A stretch of DNA of 64,000 nucleotides from Perna viridis. Its lineage: Eukaryota. Under the pieces are notes generated by a model. That model did no database searches. It saw only the letters and a program-made list of their open reading frames with translations, and was not told the DNA's origin. The stretch covers positions 18,414,001-18,478,000 of the forward strand of contig CM074513.1 in NCBI GenBank assembly GCA_037379345.1. Direction: 5' to 3'. The translations under genes were made by a program, and so were the position numbers. Position 1 is the first letter of the stretch. Every line of letters begins with the position of its first letter. Shown here one piece after another: positions 26,334 to 37,645 of the stretch.

Positions 26334-27889
26334 TAGGAAGATTTGCAATTTTAAGATACTTTACAAGAGAAACACACACACACACAAGAAAATAAAGGAG
26401 GTACACAGCCAAATGTACCACATATAATCAAATGGTTCTAGATTTATATAATGAACATTTGACAATCATATGATACATAATATATGACTCTCATGTTAAT
26501 TAAGCCTTGAAAACAATTTTTGTGAAAACAAATGTGATTATCATATGATAAGCACGCAACAACATATGTAATTATTATAAGATGCTCGATTTATATGTTA
26601 ATCGTATGATTTAAAACATATGATTCTCATGTGTGTCACATTTCCTTATGTGTCAGTCACGATATAAGATTAGAAATTGAAGGAAAAAAAACAAACAATC
26701 AACCGTAATGGAAGATTGGGCACGTCTTATATGTAAGAGTGACGCAAGTTCTTTTCAAAATGGTTGCGATTAGTATCATCTAACTCAAAGTCAGTATTTA
26801 ATGACATAACTGTTGCAATAAACAACTCGAAGGTCATATTGTTTAAATGAACTCTGAACTCTATTGGGTCACTGCTTATCAATTCTTCTCATAGTTGTTC
26901 TCTGACATTGCTTTATTTATCCCAGAAGCACATAATTGAGAGATATCATTTACATTTTTCACACACCAAAGGAGTGACATATTTGACAAAGGTGGAATAT
27001 GTTTAATACGAAAATAATATAAGATGAACGTGTTGGCCAACGCAAACCCTCGCTTATCGGTGCCCATATTAAATGATTCAGGTAAATTTGACATAAACAA
27101 TAAAGGATTTTCTTCAGTTAAATCATAACATTATATTTTGTGTGGAGATCATTTATGTCTCATGTATTTTTTTATTCGCTAATATTGTAGTTTCTCCTTG
27201 CACTTGTAATTTCAGTACTGTATATTCGTATATGATTTACCTATATTTATGTATTACCACACCACCAGGTGCCATGGAACCGTCATTACAAGCTTAAGGT
27301 TTCTTCTACCATTACATTCTCATTTTCAAATGCATAATTTGACATAAAATTACAAAAAAATTACAAAATCAATTTTCGTAAAAAAAACTAAAACATGACA
27401 TGTTAAGGATATTTAACTAACAATTATGTAAAAACTATGGAGTTTTATTTTACCTATGTGTAAATGTCAATGAAAACAAAACTGTCTGTTCCTAAAAAAA
27501 ACACACGTTTATGGAAAAAACACATTATTAGAAGAAATTTACCGCATTAATAAGGCAAATTGCGATGTATGACCCTTCTATTTAGTGCATGGTAGACTTT
27601 TTTTGCGGAGTATTTCCTGGAATTACATAGTAATTCTTGTGAAGGAATTGGTCCTTTAAAAATTGGTTGGCCATATGTTCGGTACAAAAAAGGTAATGTT
27701 TGGTGAGAATGGTAGTATAAACATATGATGGCACTGAGAATACTGTGTGGAAGATTGTCCGACAAAAAAAGATAAGCAGAAAGTATTATAAAAGATCTCA
27801 AAGACACAAACAAAACGCTATTGTTATGATATACAAGGTGTACCGGAATAGAAATAGCAATTATGAATCAAAAGTGAAAACCAGAGATA

Positions 27890-28350
27890 CTACTGTAAAC
27901 GGTTACAGATTTATTCATCTTGCATCCTTACAAACACATGTGTCACAAATATTTGTGCATGCTGCTCTCTGTGTAAAGGTAGAAAAATCTATCTGGAGGT
28001 GCTCCAATTAAGCTAACCACAGAACCAGCAATAAATGGGTTGGCTTTAGGTCTTTCTGCAAGATGTTGTGGCTGCTTCAAGACTTTCGTTTCGGAAACAA
28101 GCCCTTTACTGAAAATGGACAGGTCAAGCCAATGTTCGATATCCGAAAATATATATATATATATAAATGTACGGACAATATGGGGTTCATTAATGACTGT
28201 AAATAGCCTTGCATATCTTAATGAGATGCTTACATGTACTGATTCTCCAGGAATGACCAAAAAACTTACTAAAGATTGAATCAGACATTAACAACTGGTG
28301 GAAGGAAATTCTCGATGGAGAGATGAAAGTTGCCATTGACGAGGAAAAGA
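27890..28350 (+). mobile_element. Kolobok/Mutator-like DNA transposase relic
   Basis: TVNGYRFIHLASL..H...C; GLA..LSARCCGCFK; INVRTIWG..LNEML..DSPGM; IESDINNWWKEILDGEMKVAIDEEK, resembling the N-terminal part of Mutator-like/Kolobok transposases. Confidence 0.6.
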
Positions 28351-29134
28351 ATAATAAAGAGATGCATACATGTGCATATCATTTATCATTTGTTTGGATG
28401 ACAGTATAAGACATCTAACTCAACATGAAACCTAAATGAACGATCATCATCTTTGCAACATCAAAAAATTATATAGGTAAACTATGCATTTTTATATAAA
28501 AAATAATGAAGTCACAAAAAAAACTTGACAACATGTCATTTCTTTCCACTAGTAAATGCCATACCGATACTACATGTTCTATTGCACATGTATGCCAAAT
28601 CAGTTGGATGTCGGTGCTCACCTTAAGCCATTAGCCCAAAGCCAAGGGCTATTAAAATTGATTGGGGTTAGTGAAACGGTGTGTACTTTTCTTGTTTCGG
28701 GCTAGTTGAATTCTATACAATCCTGTATTATTCGGGCTAGTCAGTGAGATTTTTGAAGGAAAGTACTGCTCTGTGTGTAAGAATTTCCCACATCTTTTTT
28801 CATAATCACTGATATCATATCTTATTCACTTATCGTCCTCTCGCAAGGGTCCGTCCAAAACTATTCTTTACATATGCTCGTGGACACTATATAATAACAT
28901 GCTTCAATAGATTTTTACCCAGTTTTATGTATTGTTATTCCTCAAGAAAACATTTGGTACTATTGAGTTCCTGTGTCATACAAATGTAGGTCAGAGGACA
29001 AGTTCACATCTAGTTTTAGTAGTTTTATAGCCAATATCATCATTGTGGAGACTCTAGATTCAACATGCTTCAATAAAGTTCTATTTAACTTGGTATATGA
29101 TTAATCATTCACAATATCTTGGATGCCTCGACTT

Positions 29135-30176
29135 TCACGTTTCCCTCCAATTCTTCCAATTCCTGGGGAAAACATAATTGGCGGCGCAAAAATATAACCC
29201 ATGACTTTTGCTCGGCGCTATGGTTTCATTCATGTGCAGGAAATTGCGGAAGCCTAATCTCTGAGTCACAAGGTCCAACTGAAAGTGAGTGTCTATAAAC
29301 AGGCATGGCTCATCGAGAGGTTTTACTGGTGCCTGAATATCTGCGCCCTCAAAGGTTGAATATCGTTCGTATATCGCAAACCCCTGTTGGTTAGCAGGGC
29401 TTACACGGCGAAGCAGACTGGCCACTAGCAACCAGTTTACGATGCAGACCATGATTTGGCGGCTTGAAAGTCGGCCGATGCACCGGGTTAGCACTATAGT
29501 TGTCCACATAATACGTTAGATATTGCATCTCCTGCTCTAAAAATCCGCTTTGTAGAGTACGGTACACTTCCGTATCTAACACATAGGCTAGCAAATCATC
29601 AAGACTTTTACAGTTCAACCATGACGCAAGTTTGTTAAGTGACCAATTTACCAGTAAACACCAATGGTGGATGTGTTCGTCATCAAAGGTACAACCAATG
29701 GGATGATCTCAATGTTTGAAGGCAACTGAGGATGCTTGGATCTCTTGGGTATGACATTCCCAACATGTTGTGGTCGGATACCAAAACCATGGTAAGTGAG
29801 TCTTCTGTACATGGCGCCTCATCTTGTCCGTCGTTTGTAAGCCGCATACATAACACGTGCGACTCCGAGGTATGGATACAGCTGCTTGGCCATCATCAGA
29901 ACACGAGGCGCTTGTAGAAGGGCAAGCTAACATGCATGCGGCCTTTACATGATCCTCCACTACTCGCTGGTTCTCGTTGGCCTGTGAAACCGGCACTATT
30001 CTCATGTTGTCTTCTGCTTGGGATGTGCCGCCAGCAGATTTCTTATCATCTATAGCCTCATCGCCTGAACCTAGTTCATCCGACACAAAGAATTCAGCGA
30101 CGTCCCAGTCTAAATCCTCAGAAGAATCCGTACACCAACTTTCTGGACAATTAAGGGAAGGTTCATCTTCTTCCAT
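29135..30176 (-). pseudogene. Retrotransposon ORF3: acidic N-terminus, zinc finger(s) and N-terminal part of a TatD-family nuclease
   Basis: Three ORF pieces join through one stop and one frameshift: CYVC..HVQKTHLPWF..CWEC, then FIDTHFQLD (29273-29299, TatD DxHxHLD-like) and ANYVFPRNW. Confidence 0.7.
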
Positions 30177-30282
30177 GAACCAATCTCAATCTAGAATATA
30201 TAAGCAGCTTAACATGATTAATTATATACACACAAATATTTACAATATTATATACAGTTGTAATTGCGGTTTCTCTGCCTTT

Positions 30283-30465
30283 TACTAATCCCGCAACGGC
30301 GCCGGTAACCGCACCGGTCTACCTCGTCGTGTTTTAGCCCATGAACTAAGCTATTGGAATGTTCATCGGATTCAACGGAATAAGCGTCCTAAGTTTGCTC
30401 AATTCATCAACGTTACACGTGGGGGACGACGCTCCCCTCTGATCAAAACAACCGATTCTTTCAGG
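30283..30465 (-). pseudogene. Gypsy pol C-terminal tail
   Basis: Ends TRRGRPVRLPAPLRD*, a typical post-integrase basic terminus. Confidence 0.55.
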
Positions 30466-30866
30466 TTTGTAAGAGAACTGGAGAAGTAAGGGTCGGTTAT
30501 AAGAATGTTGCATGTTTTGCAACTTTTAATACCACATTTTGATATGGTACAATGTGGTTCGTCATCATTGTAGTCAAAGATATCGTTTAAAGTGATGGAA
30601 CATGGTTTGATAATATTAAAATAGTCAGAATTTTTGTACTGGAATAGATGGTCTGCAGACTGAACGTGTGATTGGGTGCTTTTAGTGGAATTGGTCGGGG
30701 CACTTTCCATACCAGAAATGAGTGTGCTAAGATTCCCATCTGGGGACACCACATACTTACAAGACAACAGAGTGTCCGATCTGCTGTCAGGTTCTGACCT
30801 TTTTATACTGGGCGACGTCCGAGACAGTTTTTCTTTCATTCCTCTTGTTAAAACCATTAATTTTAA
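30466..30866 (-). mobile_element. N-terminal fragment of a Penelope-like (Naiad-type) ORF embedded in gypsy pol
   Basis: MVLTRGMK...KPCSITLNDIF..HCTISKCGIKSCKTCNILITDPYFSSSLT, the Cys-rich segment preceding GIY-YIG in PLEs; unrelated to RNase H. Confidence 0.65.
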
Positions 30867-32473
30867 GAGTTCATATAAACAAGCTGTAAGAGAGACAAAG
30901 TTACTGACATGGTCACGATGGCAATTGAGAAACCCTAGAAAACTCATTAATTCTTTACTGATGGTTGGCACTGGCCAATTTTGTACTGCCTCGGCTTTGG
31001 AAGGCGCTATTTTGATGCCATCGGCGCTGACCAAGGAATTCAACCTCAGACCGGAAAAGTGTTTTATGCCTCAACTTGAGATTGTATTGTCGAAAGCGAA
31101 GCAGAGCTAAATGGAGATTTTTAATGCAATGTTCACCTCTATGTCATCGAGGTAAACGAGAACTTTAGAACATGTCAAACCTAGGAGGACCAATTGCATT
31201 GCTCTTTGAGATGTGGCGGGAGCATTGCAAAGCCCCATTCCCATTCGGGTGTGTTTAAATAATCCGCAGCGGGTTATGAAGGCGGACTCCTTACAAAATC
31301 GTCATCCTCAAGTTGTATCTGATAGTATCTACTACCAACGTGCAGAAAGTCAATGCACCATCTAACAGATCCGTTCCGTTTGCGGACTAGGACAGGAGCG
31401 GATGCCCATTCTGATGTAGAGGGCCGGATAACGTTAGCTTCCAATTATTTTTCAACGTGCTTCTGTTCAACATCTTGGAATTCCCACGGGGATCTTCTCA
31501 TCCGTTGTTTCATAGGTATCTTATGTCGTACCTTGGTAAGACAATCCAGGTCTAGATCATGTTTAGAGAAGACATCACTAAACTCACAGAGAAGTTTCTT
31601 AAGTTGTGCCTTCTGATTCAGTTAAATGTATCAACGGAGCGGTCAAACAAATCAACCAAATGCGGGGGAAGTTGTGTCCCCTCCTGTTCCGGCAAAGGCT
31701 GGGGGAGTTGTGTCCCCTCTGCCATGGTTGACCCCTCTATTTTTCGGACGAGTAATGATTCTGTTGCTGAACTGTGCAGTACCTCCTTGAACTCTTGAAC
31801 TCTTCAGCTTGTCCAATGCAGCGTGCTTTCTTTAATTTGACGAAATGAGCAGAGTCATTTATGAACCGCACCATGCAACTTTGTCCACTTCCGATTACGC
31901 TAGACATCAAGACGGCGGGTATGGTGCTTGTTGACTCCAATATGTAATCTGCCGGAGGTGCTGGCTCAACCCTCACTGATATTGTAGTAACACTGTTAGA
32001 GGGCAGGGTGATACCCTTGCTGACTATGGCCGTTGACACACTGGTCTTGCATTCCTCGACTATTCTATCCTTCATCGTTCTGTTAAATCACGGTACCGGC
32101 AGGGATATTAACTATCGCCTCGCAAGAAAATCTAAACCTAAAACGAGTTGATAACATATTTTTATCACACAAACGTCCCAGTTCACGGTTACTTCTCCAA
32201 TCGAAATGGGTACTCCTGTGAGTAACCGACCAAGAGGCCGCTTGCCTATTCCAGAAAGTTGTACCACTTCAGCATCTGATGGTACATCAGCAAACAGGGA
32301 TTCATCTGCGAGAGTAATCGTAGCAGCAGTATCAACCACTGCTGTAACCCTGGTTGATTCGATAACAACTTCTAAAACCATAGTCCTCCCTTTTACGATT
32401 CTACGGGCTATTATATCCTTTAGGCTCGTTGTGTCTTGGGTCTGGTCCAAGCCTAATGACCTGACTCTCTGGT
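30867..32473 (-). pseudogene. pol: Gypsy pol: aspartic protease and reverse transcriptase
   Basis: AVVDTAATITL...LVLGLDFL; SEWASAPVLVRK..VRWCIDF; MGLCNAPAT; LVYLDDI (YLDD 31143-31154); VSADGI..AVQNWPVP..FLGF; many lesions. Confidence 0.9.
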
Positions 32474-32480
32474 GTTTAAA
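32420..32480 (-). promoter_or_regulatory. -1 programmed ribosomal frameshift signal (UUUAAAC plus H-type pseudoknot)
   Basis: Heptamer at 32480-32474 at the gag end; the -1 frame is the protease frame; after a 6-nt spacer, GAGUCAGGUC/GACCAGACCC and UUAGGCUUG/CGAGCCUAA can pair. Confidence 0.75.
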
Positions 32481-34320
32481 TCCTGATTGTGCCGCGGGGA
32501 CGATGTCCCCTGCTGTAAATTAGGCGATCGTATGAACGTAGAGCGATCTGGACTCGTGGATCTAGCAAATTTGTTGTGTGGCGATGGTGACCTGGGAGAT
32601 TGTGGACTTTGGCCCCTTTGATTTGACGGGGACCTACCTCTATAGTCTGGAGACCTCCCTCTGAATTCTGATCTGGGTGGACCCTGGGTGGATATGCCGT
32701 GCTGCCAAATCCTCGTCCTGGACTTCTTTCTCGATTAAGAAGCTGAACCATCAGAGAGACTAGTTGTTTGATGTTTGTCTTTAACTCCTGATTTTCCTGT
32801 GCACTACTTGAGTTGTCCAGGGCACGAGGCCCTTGAACTTGTTGTTCCTCTTCAGGTGGCTCTGCAAACTTAACTTGCCTGTGACTGTAGGAGTTTCGGT
32901 TGCTTGGAGCAGGGCTCCTATACCAATAGATAGCTCGGTGGTTGGCTATTGATGATTTAACCCATTTAACAGTTTGGTTTACCGTTTTTGGATTGCGCTC
33001 TATCACATACCGTGCTGCTCCCATTTCTTTGCGACCCTTTCGAAAAGCTTCCGTTGCTATTTGGTCTACAATATCTTCAGCATCAGCTCGATACCCATCT
33101 ACCGCCAAGAATTGAACCCTTTCTGCGAATTCCGCAAGAGATTCTGAGTCGTCCTGTCTTACAAACTGTAGTTGTCGTCTAGCATAAAAAGGTTCTTCTT
33201 TCCTGCTAAAACGAACTTTCAAGAAACGTCGCAGCTCGTCAAATGAATGTTCTGTTCCCATGGTAACACGTCGACCATATTCCAAAGCTCGATCGGACAA
33301 ACAATCAAAGAGCCGACTAATTTTTTTAGGTTCATCCCAACCTTTCCTGTGTGCAGTGCGTTGAAATCTGTAGATGAATGACTCCCACGTCAGTGCTCCT
33401 GACCCTGTGTATAATGGTAACTTAGGTGGTTGTGGGCTGTGACTGCGATCACGACCTTCAGAAGCTACAGGCGCCACCAGATTGAAAGCACGATCCATTG
33501 AGCTCTCACTGTCAGACGATACATATTGACGTCGTTTCTTTGTTCTACCCCGACTTTGTCCATTTTCCTTGCTAGAGGTGGTGTTTTGCAGATCAGAACC
33601 AAGTATAGGAGGTACATTTTTTTCTTGTTTGCCTGCATTTGGTGGAGGTTGACTTATATCAATTATCATTTTATTTGGAGGCAATTGGGGAGGAACTATA
33701 GTATGATTGTCTGTAGAGGGCATCATATGGCGTTGGTTAACATGTTGGGTGTTACTAGCCGGTATATGGTTTGGCGGCATAATGTAAACATTGTTGGGCA
33801 GATATGAGCCATCAAGATTGTGGTCTAATAACATCTTACCTTGGTCACCGCGACTACATTGAACATTGGATTGAGACGTCGGGGTAGTTGATCTCCGATC
33901 TCCTAATAAATGCATACCCTGATGTGATGGTTGTGGAATCGAGGCTTGTGGCCTCTGACTTTCTCCTTGTAAATCATGTACAACATGATTTGATGGCTGA
34001 GGAGTCGAGGCTGGTGGCCTCTGAGTCCCACCACCTTGTGCAGGCCCGTTACTCTGTGGGCTGTCTAACTGTAAGTTTGAAATTGCTAATGCAAACTGAT
34101 CACCTGGTTTTTAACTTGTACCTGTTCCTGAATCAGGGTTAGCCACTACAGTTCTGTTGGGAGACCCTACAGAAGTTTCATCTAGGGATGGTAGGAGCAA
34201 ATCGACATTTGATTTTCGGGTACTGGACCTTGGCTTAACGCCACCTTCGCCAACTTACACATTCTCCTTCCTGCCGCTTCATTTTTTCCTTTAATCAGGC
34301 TATCAACCTGACTGGCCATA
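32453..34320 (-). pseudogene. gag: Gypsy gag (capsid plus RS/SP-rich tail)
   Basis: PPKLPLYTG..WESFIYRF..GWDE..LSDRALEY..RQDDSESLAEFAERV capsid pattern; a frameshift near 32690 hides a RGRSPDYRGRSPS..SPRSPSP..DLN tail; 5' start approximate. Confidence 0.85.
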
Positions 34321-34858
34321 GCAGTTACATCTTCTAAGGCCGACGTTGTCTTGTCATCTTTTTGTACTAAATCTGGGTTCTTAAATTGTATATAATTTGG
34401 ATGGTTTAAGTAACAAACACAGTACAATTTATATCAAATTTTGTTAATAAATATTTGATTCACTGTTCAAATGAATTATTTTATTATATAATCCGATGTT
34501 GAAAAGCTTCGGTGGCTGTTCATAATTGTAAGTGTAAACAAATGTATATATCATATTTTAGGACGTCTTATTCCAAGAATGCACTTCCGGAAGTTACAAA
34601 TCTTCTTCCGCCCACTAGTCAAGACGAAGGCGGTAATGGTGGACAATTAATTTCATTTTCTCAGCTGCAATGAAAAATCATGTTATATGACAAAGAAACA
34701 ATGAGAATTTGTTATCAAATTAACCTATTTGTTCTCGGTGAATATTTTATAATAGTGCCCATCCGATAAAAGCAGACAAATGTGAATCAATGAGCTGGAA
34801 ATGCGTGATCCGAATGAAGATCACGCGGAAAATTTGAAAATTTTTTTCACCAGGTAAG

Positions 34859-34876
34859 ATCCTGTCGACGACGCCA
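34859..34876 (-). promoter_or_regulatory. Primer-binding site, tRNA-Ser-like
   Basis: TGGCGTCGTCGACAGGAT; its complement ATCCTGTCGACGACGCCA matches the eukaryotic tRNA-Ser 3' end ATCCTGCCGACTACGCCA at 16/18. Confidence 0.8.
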
Positions 34877-35288
34877 GTCGAGTGACTACACAACAATAAT
34901 CATTAAATACACAAAGTAAATATAATAACTCACACAAATAATCCATCTTCTTGTGAATCCAGACAACAGAACAAAAATAAGCACACACGATGATCAGAAT
35001 ATATACCGGAAACTGACGTCAGTTAAAATTGTGTACTGGTTCCAGTGGAATTAACTAAGTATTAGGCGCTACGCACCACATTATTGACGGCTGGCTTCCA
35101 TGCGAGCTGGTATTGACGGCTAGCTGCACGCTGGTTACCGTTCACATTTAAAGTTATTAAGGAGATCATAATATATAAGTACAATCAATAGACACGTGTT
35201 AACCATATTCACCTTGACATTTAAACCACAACAATATATGTAAACAATTGTGACTTTAAAAGACCTGTACATGTACAATGTAGCTACA
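34877..35288 (-). repeat. 5' LTR (~410 bp)
   Basis: Starts TGTAGCTAC on the minus strand and abuts the PBS; terminal CA imperfect; no partner LTR to confirm the boundaries. Confidence 0.6.
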
Positions 35289-35299
35289 GGGGAACACTT

Positions 35300-36706
35300 T
35301 ATCTTGAAGTTTTTTTAGCTTGTTGCTTACTGACAGATCCTTTTCCTTACTTGGAGGTTTGATATTCACATTCAGCACTTGTATGCATAAAATCACAGGA
35401 AATATCTCTGATTATCTCAGCACCAGTATGACTTATGTGGATCCCTGTGGGATCATTTACATCATATAATGCTTTATTTGGTACATTATTTGGTGTAAAC
35501 TCTGACCATAAATCAATGAATTGTAACATTTGACTGTTTTTACATAGTTTTCTAATACAGTTGTTAACAAACAAAAGATCTTGAATATAAGCACTCTTGC
35601 CTCTTCTAGGCATAATACTACAAATAACTATTTTGGCTGATATTTTGCCTTTACCTTATCTACACAATTAGTGAGATTACCAATGACCTGTTCTAACTCA
35701 TTTTTGAAGGTGCTTATATCATTTGTACCCAAGTTCACTATAACATTTTTCACCAATTCTGGTTCCACATTTGAATCTGACTTGTCCAATAAAATTTGGA
35801 CGTTTTCTAATGTGGTTCATGAAATTGCAAAGATATATACATTATCACCAGCTTGTACAAAGTCAATTCTTTTACAGTTTGACGCACCTAGAATTACCGA
35901 CTGTTCAGGAATGGAAATTGGCTCATTTTCATTTTCCAGCACGGATTCAATAGTTTTATTGAGTACTTGTTTGTCGTGCTCTGTATGGACGTTCGCTGTA
36001 GTTTTGTCATCCATACGATTGGCGCTCCGTTCTTCCCGAATATCATAAATATAATCGCCGTATATCTCTCGATCTTCCGCCTCGCATTGGCGATGCCCGT
36101 GGCCCTCCACGTCGCAACGGTAACAGACAATGTATATGGACAGTCTTTAGTAGTATGTGTCAGACTGTTGCATCTATAGCATTTACGTTCCGGTTGAGTT
36201 CTACGTGTAGGATTTTGGATGCATATGTAGGAGGGATGGTCGGTTTTTGAGCAACAGAGACATTCTGTTCTGTTATTGTCAGTAATTAGGCACATATCGA
36301 ACCTTCCAAATTTAGTAGTTTTTGGAATGACAGGGACACAATTCATAAGTTGGACATAACGAGTGCCAGTTTCTATATTTGTTTCTTTTTACTATGCTCC
36401 TTTTCATAGATCATTGGACTACTTCTCCATACTTCGATATGTAACCACATATTGTCATATCGCTCATTTCACAAGGATATTTGTATAGATGTAATCGACT
36501 TTTCATCCACAAACGTTTTTAGTTCGTTTAAGACTACAGAATGGGTTGTACCTTTGATGAAGCTTGTACCAAAATGTACTGGCAGGTGTCTCTGGATTTT
36601 GGCGTTGGGTGCATTTTCGACCGCCATTGTGAGTGTGAGTATAAATAATACTCAGCGTCTCATTCACAGGATCACACATCCTTAAATTAAGGTCCAAATT
36701 TGCCAC
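35300..36706 (-). mobile_element. Degenerate non-LTR retrotransposon ORF1-like gene: RRM-like region, CCHC knuckles, SGNH esterase
   Basis: ISKYGEV..GTRYVQL..IP; CLCCSKTDHPSYIC, CYRCNSLTHTTKDC and a third frameshifted knuckle (GHGHRQC); VILGASN, VNLGTNDI, ICSIMPR, FIDLW and DPTGIHIS. Confidence 0.75.
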
Positions 36707-37053
36707 AAACGTAGTGTTTACAACAGGGAGACAACAAAAGATGTTTTATATGGCTAATTGATCCACAATTACGCTGTTGGGACAAATAAAACAAGAAAAA
36801 TACACATTTTTTACTCGGAGCCTCACAATCAGTATTGTACTGATTTGCATTAAAGGGAGAGAAATATTACATTCTACTTTCAGTTTGATATTCAAAAAGT
36901 TTTTAACGAGTTTTTCAAAAAATCACTTTGTCGTCCTGAATTACGATAATTACGTCATAATTTCCATTGACAACTATCAATGCATATCTATTATTTATCT
37001 AATACACACTTTTTCATCGAATATGGACAAATGACTATGATATCTGATATATA

Positions 37054-37645
37054 TATAGAAGGGTCTGAAAAATTCCCAACGATGTTAGAACTGTCAAATT
37101 TGCGAAGCAAATGTTTGTCGTTCCCTCCGCGGGACTCGAACTCATACCGCTGTGACATCTATGGCAACACCGCCTGCACTAAGTCCAGCGCCCTAGACCA
37201 CTCGGCCAGCTAGGCTATATAAAAATATAGCTCTCGCTGGCCGGGTCATTCCTCCTCGTAGGATTAATTTAGGGCTGTAACTTAGTACAAGATGTATGGT
37301 AGTACGGGACAGTTCATCTAGGTGTTATTATGTAGGATAGAGGATCAAATTAATGATGCATGTCACAACAATTCAATATTATACAACGTCTCAGAATGTG
37401 ACGACTCTATTCTTTACATTGCTCCATCGGATCAAATTGATACAGGGAAGGAAACGTAAACTTATAGAAGGGTCTGAAAAATTCCCTACGATGTTAGAAC
37501 TGTCAAATTTGCGAAGCAAATTTTTGTCGTTCCCTCCGCGGGACTCGAACTCATACCGCCGAGTGGTCTAGGGCGCTGGACTTAGTGTTGCCATAGATGA
37601 CAAAAATTTGCTTCGCAAATTTGACAGTTCTAACATCGTTGGGAA
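37054..37645 (-). mobile_element. tRNA-derived repeat with a 409-bp partial tandem duplication and an inverted terminal segment
   Basis: A box TGGCCGAGTGG (37208-37198) and B box GTTCGAGTC (37141-37133); 37054-37150 is repeated at 37463-37559; 37558-37645 is an internally deleted inverted copy. Confidence 0.8.

Larger units (their letters stand above)
29110..35288 (-). mobile_element. Ty3/gypsy LTR retrotransposon, degenerate and 3'-truncated, with extra ZnF-TatD ORF
   Basis: Order on the minus strand: LTR, PBS, gag, slippery site, protease, RT (YLDD), pol tail, ORF3; no second LTR found. Confidence 0.9.

Noticed and set aside
28780-29110. 3' LTR of the gypsy element
   Set aside because: No similarity to 34877-35288; looks like an unrelated degenerate interspersed repeat
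37125-37217. Functional tRNA gene
   Set aside because: Anticodon/variable region and acceptor stem do not form a clear cloverleaf, and the sequence is embedded in a repeated element
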